Assembly (NCBI RefSeq): GCF_000195975.1 | Contig: NC_005070.1 | Coordinates: forward strand, 1,470,001-1,502,000 | Origin: Parasynechococcus marenigrum WH 8102 | Lineage (GTDB): Bacteria > Cyanobacteriota > Cyanobacteriia > PCC-6307 > Cyanobiaceae | Direction of reading: 5' to 3' | DNA: 32,000 nt | Shown here: positions 27,424 to 32,000 of the stretch, piece by piece | How the letters are laid out: every line of letters begins with the position of its first letter | How positions within the stretch are numbered: the first letter of the stretch is position 1 | Position numbers and translations under genes: made by a program | The notes under the pieces: generated by a model | What the model was told of the DNA's origin: nothing | The model's database searches: none | What the model saw: only the letters and a program-made list of their open reading frames with translations

Positions 27424-28620
27424 ATGAAGCCAGAAAACTTCACTTCAGAAAAGATTCCCGCTTCTCTCGATGAAGTGTCTTTGAATTATTTCGCTCACGA
27501 TGGTAATAAAAGAGAGTATTTAACATACATTCCATCAGGCTACTCGCACACAATTGAAGCTCCTGTCATTCTTAATTTTCATGGATTCGGGGGCACTGCC
27601 TCTGGGCAACTTGCTTTATCGGACTGGAGAGACCTAGCAGAAAAGCATGGCATTATTTTAATCTATCCTCAAGGGCTTGAACTGCAGAAAGGCGGAAGTC
27701 ATTGGAATCCCGATCCTGTGTCAAGTGACAGCAAAAGCATAAGTGACGACTTGGGATTTGTAAGACGATTGCTAAAGAGAATCTCAAAGAATTATTCAAT
27801 CGACAAATCACGTGTGTATGCAACTGGCTATTCCAACGGAGCAGGGATGGCATACGGGCTGGCACATCATATGCCCGACCTAATAGCAGGAATTGCTCCC
27901 GTATCAGGGTTGATGAATGACGAATATCTTTCAACTACTTCTGGCGGTTCACCTGTTGGTCTTATAAGTTTTAATGGCGAAGAAGATTGGGTACGCCCAG
28001 TCAATGGCATTAATGGATACTTGGCGTCTGTTGCTGACATATCAAGCCATTGGGCTAGGGAAAATAGTTCAACGCAAAGTATAGCCGAGCAATTCGCACA
28101 AGCCAATGGTGATCGCATTGAACGCACCTCCTACTCTCGAGATGATGGATTGACTACCGTTGAACAATACTTAGTAGACAGGGGTGGCCATGAGTGGTTT
28201 GATCTTGATATCGAAGGCAAAGATCTAAATCAACTTGCGTGGCAGTTTCTTTCGAGACTAAGGAAACAAGATGAAGGCATCTTAACGGCGCGCAAGAAAT
28301 CTCTTGAACTCCGATTGCCAGATGTTTTTACGCGAGGGTTGGCAGACAAGGTTATCAATTTCAATGCATTAACAGATGCAATAGATATTGATATCAATAG
28401 CTTCGGCATTAACAGATCAGCAACGTTCGAAACTGGCAAAAACAAGAAGGAAGTCAAGAAAGTTCTTGCCAAGCAAGACTTCGACTTCCTCTACGACCAG
28501 AAGAAGGGTGGGCTTTACTTCAACGAAAATGGGGCAGACAAAGGCTTTGGGGAAGGCGGCATCATTGCCATCCTTAAAGGCGCACCTGATCTAACGTCTA
28601 GCAATCTAGAGTTTATCTAA
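27424..28620 (+). CDS. LpqC/PHB-depolymerase-family (alpha/beta hydrolase) esterase with C-terminal tail module
   Basis: 398 aa with YLTYIPSGY...PVILNFHGFGG, DDLGFVRRLL and the GYSNGAGM nucleophile elbow. The N-terminus is hydrophilic (no signal peptide). The last ~85 aa are homologous to an internal segment of 25724..26383. Confidence 0.8.
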   Translation: MKPENFTSEKIPASLDEVSLNYFAHDGNKREYLTYIPSGYSHTIEAPVILNFHGFGGTASGQLALSDWRDLAEKHGIILIYPQGLELQKGGSHWNPDPVSSDSKSISDDLGFVRRLLKRISKNYSIDKSRVYATGYSNGAGMAYGLAHHMPDLIAGIAPVSGLMNDEYLSTTSGGSPVGLISFNGEEDWVRPVNGINGYLASVADISSHWARENSSTQSIAEQFAQANGDRIERTSYSRDDGLTTVEQYLVDRGGHEWFDLDIEGKDLNQLAWQFLSRLRKQDEGILTARKKSLELRLPDVFTRGLADKVINFNALTDAIDIDINSFGINRSATFETGKNKKEVKKVLAKQDFDFLYDQKKGGLYFNENGADKGFGEGGIIAILKGAPDLTSSNLEFI

Positions 28621-28650
28621 GGCATCTCCCTAGTTGATCTTCTCCGATAA

Positions 28651-29037
28651 GTGCCTATGGCAATCACCACACGAGCGCAACGCCAGCAACGACGTTACGA
28701 GGCTCTACAGCTGATCAGCTGTGGTGTTCCGCCAACTGATGCTGCTTCACAGCTGACTGTTAAGTGGGGTTGCAGTCGGCGAACGAGTCTGCGTGACATA
28801 GAAAGCGTGCATAGTGAACTAGCAAACGCCTTGGATTCGGTTGAGCTTCAGCAGATGATGGGTTGGCTGGCAACGCAGTATCAACGCCTGGCGGCCAAGG
28901 CTGAACGCGATGGCCAGTACGCCTCAGCTGTTGGTGCGTTGAACGCATTGCGAGCAATGGTTGTGCAACCGCAACTGGATGCGCAGTTTGCTGCGCACTT
29001 CCGTGGTCGCTTTACGCACCAAACGCACCGCAGGTAA
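28651..29037 (+). CDS. 128-aa HTH-like protein, paralog 1 (WGCSRR motif)
   Basis: Paralogous to 31520..31906; both share ...G(V)....(A)..L...WGCSRR...R....H and an Ala/Gly-rich helix (G.(Y/F)A.A(V/I)GA). The probable start is the ATG at 28657. Confidence 0.65.
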   Translation: MPMAITTRAQRQQRRYEALQLISCGVPPTDAASQLTVKWGCSRRTSLRDIESVHSELANALDSVELQQMMGWLATQYQRLAAKAERDGQYASAVGALNALRAMVVQPQLDAQFAAHFRGRFTHQTHRR

Positions 29038-29076
29038 CAATCGGTTTAAAATTATGTAGTAAGTCATTGGGATGAG

Positions 29077-29295
29077 GTGCAGATGATTAAATCCTTCCTG
29101 ACTATTGTTGGCGCGATAATTACTGTTGCATGCCCAGTAGCTAAGGCTGCTGAAGAAGATGACCAACAAACGCAAGAACCAAAAACATATGAAAGATGCG
29201 TGCTGGTCGCTTCTGAAAGGAATACAAAGTGGACTCAGTACAGAGTCGATGTCAATAACTGCAGAGCTAAATACGGCATGCCAGGTGAGTACTAA
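29077..29295 (+). CDS. Small secreted or lipoprotein-like protein
   Basis: The ATG at 29083 is preceded by GAGG. MIKSFLTIVGAIITVACPVAKA is signal-peptide-like, followed by an acidic stretch and 2 Cys in the mature part. Confidence 0.45.
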   Translation: MQMIKSFLTIVGAIITVACPVAKAAEEDDQQTQEPKTYERCVLVASERNTKWTQYRVDVNNCRAKYGMPGEY

Positions 29296-29536
29296 TACAT
29301 GTCTTGATAGTTCAAACTCTGGGACAACGGTCTAGCTTGAGCATCAACCCAATGACTGGGAGGTACTTCTTATGCTCGCTCGACCTCACCTTGTTCTGGG
29401 TTGGCTCCATTGCCAACCAGAGGACAGCAGATGACTTCTCGATCGGCAGCTAACCCATCGCGATCATTCGCTGGAGGCTGATCCAAGCTTCAGCGGTACC
29501 CAACCGAGCTTCGTTGAAGAGACCTGGGTCAACTGG

Positions 29537-29719
29537 TTGCCGAAGGCTGTCGCTCAACCCTTCTACAGAGACCAGCTCACCGCCCATGTTGCAGAGGTGG
29601 AACGCCAAATCTCCAACCTCAGCCGCGAGATTGAACGGCAGTCCGGCGGCCTGCTCGATCAGAGAGATTCAGCTGTGGATCTCAGGCAACGTCTCAAACA
29701 TATGCTGGAGGGCTCGTAA
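29537..29719 (+). CDS. Hypothetical ~60-aa coiled-coil protein (start uncertain)
   Basis: TTG start in the track; the frame is open from 29435 with no ATG. The 3' end is duplicated as a fragment at 30479..30521 with mostly synonymous changes, which supports this frame. Confidence 0.35.
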   Translation: MPKAVAQPFYRDQLTAHVAEVERQISNLSREIERQSGGLLDQRDSAVDLRQRLKHMLEGS

Positions 29720-29826
29720 ATATAGAAAGTTTTCATTAAAAGGTAAGAAGCGCTACAAATATTAGAATATCTACTATTTCGCGGCATCGCTCAATAGTAG
29801 ATTTTAGAGTCAGTAGCAAGCAAGTT

Positions 29827-30423
29827 GTGCCTGAGGAGATCTTCTACGCAAAAGGGGCTGTAATTCAAAGCCATTACGCGATCTCAAATGAAGCACCAGA
29901 CTCCTGGTCTTATTGCATCAAAGCAATAGCATCTGAGCGAGGTAACAATTTTGATGAAGTAATCGAATACAGAGATAGGCAATTACTGCGTCAGATGAGT
30001 CTCGTCAATAACAATGCAAGAGACCCACTGAATGTTGTGCAGACAAGGTTTGATCGGGTTGGATACAATTCATTTGCAATTGACTTTTATCACTCAAATA
30101 AAACACCTGAATTGGTATTTATCTCACCTATCTGTAAGCCTGAAAAATCAGATTTGTCATACGGCTCAATCGCGGATATCGCGTATACATTCAATTGTAA
30201 TTGCGATGTGAATTCTAAATGTTCCAAATTCATTCAAAGCACAACTCTTTTAGGAATAAATTTGATCAAGAAGGGTCGCTTGGAGGGGATAGAGTCGACA
30301 AGGGAGAAAATTATGGAGGAGTTCTCTACATACAATAGAGGTAGAGAAGTTGACATTAGCGAGGTGGCTCTAAAAAATAATAATTCTCAAAGTATATTAG
30401 AAGATTTGTCTCAGCTAAATTAA
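29827..30423 (+). CDS. Hypothetical 198-aa protein in a very AT-rich cassette
   Basis: GTG start with Asn/Ile/Lys-rich composition and no recognisable motif. This is the most AT-rich stretch of the window. Confidence 0.45.
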   Translation: MPEEIFYAKGAVIQSHYAISNEAPDSWSYCIKAIASERGNNFDEVIEYRDRQLLRQMSLVNNNARDPLNVVQTRFDRVGYNSFAIDFYHSNKTPELVFISPICKPEKSDLSYGSIADIAYTFNCNCDVNSKCSKFIQSTTLLGINLIKKGRLEGIESTREKIMEEFSTYNRGREVDISEVALKNNNSQSILEDLSQLN

Positions 30424-30478
30424 TAAAAATATTGATAAATTCAAATTTTTGTGCATTTGATCAATCTTATACATTTTT

Positions 30479-30521
30479 GGGATCTCAGACAACGTCTTAA
30501 GCACCTGCTGGAGACCTCATA
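30479..30521 (+). pseudogene. Orphan 3' fragment of a paralog of the 60-aa gene
   Basis: 35/43 nt are identical to 29677..29719. It translates to DLRQRLKHLLETS* versus DLRQRLKHMLEGS*. Confidence 0.6.
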
Positions 30522-30561
30522 ACCCTGCTCAACCATCCGTTTCCAGACGCACCAGATACCG

Positions 30562-30753
30562 ATGCCGAACATTCTTGATCACGTCTCACAAGCACCAGTT
30601 CTTGAAATAGACGATTTGCCACGCTCGGCAACACGCAAGGAATGGTTCGCCATCACCAGGCGCATCATTCAAGACACCATCGCTGACATGAAACTCGATC
30701 CCGCTGCGGAAACAGAAGTAATTGAAGCCTTCACAGGTGCAGGTCTGCTGTGA
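30562..30753 (+). CDS. 63-aa acidic protein (intact family member)
   Basis: MPNILDHVSQAPVLEIDDLPRSATRKEWFAITRRIIQDTIADMKLDPAAETEVIEAFTGAGLL. It has a pseudogene copy at 26425 and a tail remnant at 31171. Confidence 0.55.
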   Translation: MPNILDHVSQAPVLEIDDLPRSATRKEWFAITRRIIQDTIADMKLDPAAETEVIEAFTGAGLL

Positions 30754-30768
30754 GGGCTGTCATGCCCC

Positions 30769-30954
30769 TTACTGCATTAGGTCATCAGTTGGCCTTGCAG
30801 GGACAGTCGCCACTGCATCACCTGGCGTTGCTACTTGAGGATTGATTTGGTTCCAGCCATTGAACATGTGAATGCCTGCAATGAACGCCAGAGCAATCAT
30901 CAAGTAACCGATTCGGTTTTCCTCTTGGAAGGCTTGTCTTTCTTTTTTTGTCAT
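30769..30954 (-). CDS. 61-aa single-TM protein
   Basis: MTKKERQAFQEENRIGYLMIALAFIAGIHMFNGW..., preceded by AAGGAGGtcacaggATG. It occupies the same position (convergent, 15 nt from the 63-aa gene stop) as the 33-aa peptide genes in the other modules. Confidence 0.55.
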   Translation of the reverse strand: MTKKERQAFQEENRIGYLMIALAFIAGIHMFNGWNQINPQVATPGDAVATVPARPTDDLMQ

Positions 30955-31165
30955 CCTGTGACCTCCTTGCTACGCGGTCTTCCCCATGGCTTTGGTCTAC
31001 GCCTTTGGAGCAGACACTTGTGTTGGTTGTCACATTTCTGCATGGAGAGAAAAACAGCCATAAAGATGCGCCGGCAGGCAAGCGGACGGACGCTAAATCC
31101 AGTGCAGCGCAGTCAATCTCAGCGATTTAACCATCAAACGGACGGGCCCAACACGGCCTTGCAGC
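30955..31165. repeat. Conserved non-coding leader, copy B (divergent)
   Basis: Shares the TTGGTCTA, CACTTGT and ATGGAG(A/T)(G/A)AAAA(A)C blocks and the core GCAGCGCAGTCAATCTCAGCGATTT (31104-31128) with copies A and C. Confidence 0.6.
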
Positions 31166-31170
31166 GGCCC

Positions 31171-31213
31171 AGCAGAAGCGATCGAAGCCTTCACTGGTGC
31201 AGGGCTGTTGTGA
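31171..31213 (+). pseudogene. 3' remnant of a 63-aa family gene
   Basis: 31181..31218 is 38/38 identical to 26584..26621 (IEAFTGAGLL* plus 5 nt). The homologous coding sequence upstream is missing. Confidence 0.7.
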
Positions 31214-31232
31214 ATGATTGGAAGCTGACCAA

Positions 31233-31334
31233 CTAGTGATCTTGTAGCAGAAGCTGAAGCTCTCCATAGAAGAGAGCCATAGCGCCAACGATGGCCACGC
31301 ACAGGGTGGTGGTGAGAAGCAGTTCGTTGAGCAT
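31233..31334 (-). CDS. 33-aa single-TM peptide (copy 2)
   Basis: MLNELLLTTTLCVAIVGAMALFYGELQLLLQDH, preceded by AAGGATGaaaagATG. See copy 1. Confidence 0.65.
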   Translation of the reverse strand: MLNELLLTTTLCVAIVGAMALFYGELQLLLQDH

Positions 31335-31495
31335 CTTTTCATCCTTATCTTTGTCCTTGGTCTAAGACAAACCGTCAGCACTTGTAGCTCTTGTCACGAG
31401 CCTGAATGGAGTAAAAACCGGCCACTACAACCGATAGGCTCAGATCCACTGCATTGCAGTCGTTCTCAGCGACTTGTCCCCCTCAAAAGCGCCGG
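31335..31495. repeat. Conserved non-coding leader, copy C
   Basis: Colinear with 26738..26897. The core variant is GCATTGCAGTCGTTCTCAGCGACTT (31451-31475), with the CCGGC(31418)/GCCGG(31491) bracket conserved. Confidence 0.7.
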
Positions 31496-31519
31496 TTCCA
31501 ACCTTCCAAGTAGCAAGCC

Positions 31520-31906
31520 ATGACCCGCAAGCGCGTAACCGCTAGCGAGAAGAAACAACGCCATGCATGGGCGATACGTCAGATCGACAAAGGCGTCGGC
31601 TTCTCCGAGCTTGCGACCCTTGTGGCCGAAACATGGGGGTGTTCACGTCGACAAGCCCGTCGTGTCGTAGCTGATGCCCACAAAGAGTGGATGGAGATTG
31701 CCTTCGGAGCTGAGGAGATCGATCAGCGTGACCTGCTGATGCAAAGCGTCGCCCGCCTGGAGCGCACTGCGCGTAAGGCGGAAGCAAGCGGCAACTTCGC
31801 CTGTGCGATCGGCGCGGTTCAGCTGATGAATCGAATGATGGCCTCAGGTGCTGATCAGACGGGATGCCGCGGTCATCGCCGCAAAGGGCACTACTACCGG
31901 CACTGA
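31520..31906 (+). CDS. 128-aa HTH-like protein, paralog 2 (WGCSRR motif)
   Basis: MTRKRVTASEKKQRHAWAIRQIDKGVGFSELATLVAETWGCSRRQARRVV...; paralog of 28651..29037. It lies immediately downstream of leader copy C. Confidence 0.65.
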   Translation: MTRKRVTASEKKQRHAWAIRQIDKGVGFSELATLVAETWGCSRRQARRVVADAHKEWMEIAFGAEEIDQRDLLMQSVARLERTARKAEASGNFACAIGAVQLMNRMMASGADQTGCRGHRRKGHYYRH

Positions 31907-32000
31907 CTACTTCTGCCCGTACTCGATTATGAGTCGTTTCTGGAAGTTGAGTTGGCGGAGCTTCTCGATGTGCTGCTCATGCTCTCCGCTGCTCCAGTGG
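31907..32000 (-). CDS. 3' end of an unidentified gene entering from the right
   Basis: The minus-strand frame is open from the window edge to a TAG at 31907-31909 (...HWSSGEHEQHIEKLRQLNFQKRLIIEYGQK*). Its stop abuts the stop of the HTH-like gene. Confidence 0.3.
   Translation of the reverse strand, partial: HWSSGEHEQHIEKLRQLNFQKRLIIEYGQK

Larger units (their letters stand above)
23220..32000. mobile_element. Genomic island (left end at tRNA remnant; right end beyond window)
   Basis: There is an abrupt shift to AT-richer composition and a loss of core-like genes. The region holds a ParA ATPase, repeated modules, pseudogenes and gene fragments. No recombinase is present in the window. Confidence 0.65.

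Noticed and set aside
30835-31381. ORFs 30835-31236 (+), 30948-31130 (+), 31093-31302 (-) and 31127-31381 (-).
   Set aside because: They run across the repeated leaders and peptide genes in frames that are closed in the paralogous copies. For example, the 31127-31381 frame hits a TGA in copy A. They have no motifs.
1-32000. Scanned for CRISPR arrays, rRNA, reverse transcriptase/DGR or retron features, transposase or IS ends and integrase genes.
   Set aside because: None found. There are no regularly spaced short repeats, no RT, transposase or recombinase motifs in any ORF, and the only tRNA-like sequence is the fragment at 23220.

Overview
This looks like a high-GC marine picocyanobacterial chromosome (Synechococcus-like, judged from gene content and composition; not verified by search). 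Bases 1-23100 are mostly densely packed core genes. They include a DUF2231-like membrane protein and a ctaC-ctaD-ctaE heme-copper oxidase operon whose subunit II lacks the CuA ligands (ARTO/quinol-oxidase-like). Next come a GMC oxidoreductase, a small secreted HExxH protein, glutathione reductase, a GST-like protein, a ParB-like nuclease-domain protein, dnaA and an HtrA/DegP protease. These are followed by a DUF2064/GT2 pair, a translationally coupled hisG-ABC exporter-GNAT string, gloB, an ABC ATPase and a RidA-family protein. A lower-GC islet at about 19.6-22.1 kb carries small ORFs, a fibrillin and an SPFH/prohibitin, and is followed by a PfkB kinase. At about 23.2 kb a decayed tRNA 3'-half marks the left edge of a clearly AT-richer genomic island that runs off the right end of the window. 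No integrase is visible here. The island carries an orphan ParA ATPase, a DUF4912-like protein, and two proteins sharing a C-terminal tail module (one is an LpqC/PHB-depolymerase-type esterase with no N-terminal signal peptide). It also carries two paralogous 128-aa HTH-like proteins. Its most unusual feature is three copies of a junction module: the tail of a 63-aa gene, a convergent tiny single-TM peptide gene with a strong AAGGAGG-type SD, and a 160-210 nt conserved non-coding leader with the core GCAGCGCAGTCAAYCTCAGCGATTT. I read this as a tandem, recombining array of small elements or cassettes, possibly stabilised by type-I-toxin-like modules. No CRISPR array, rRNA or intact tRNA was seen. 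All homology calls rest on motif recognition by eye and need HMM or BLAST confirmation.
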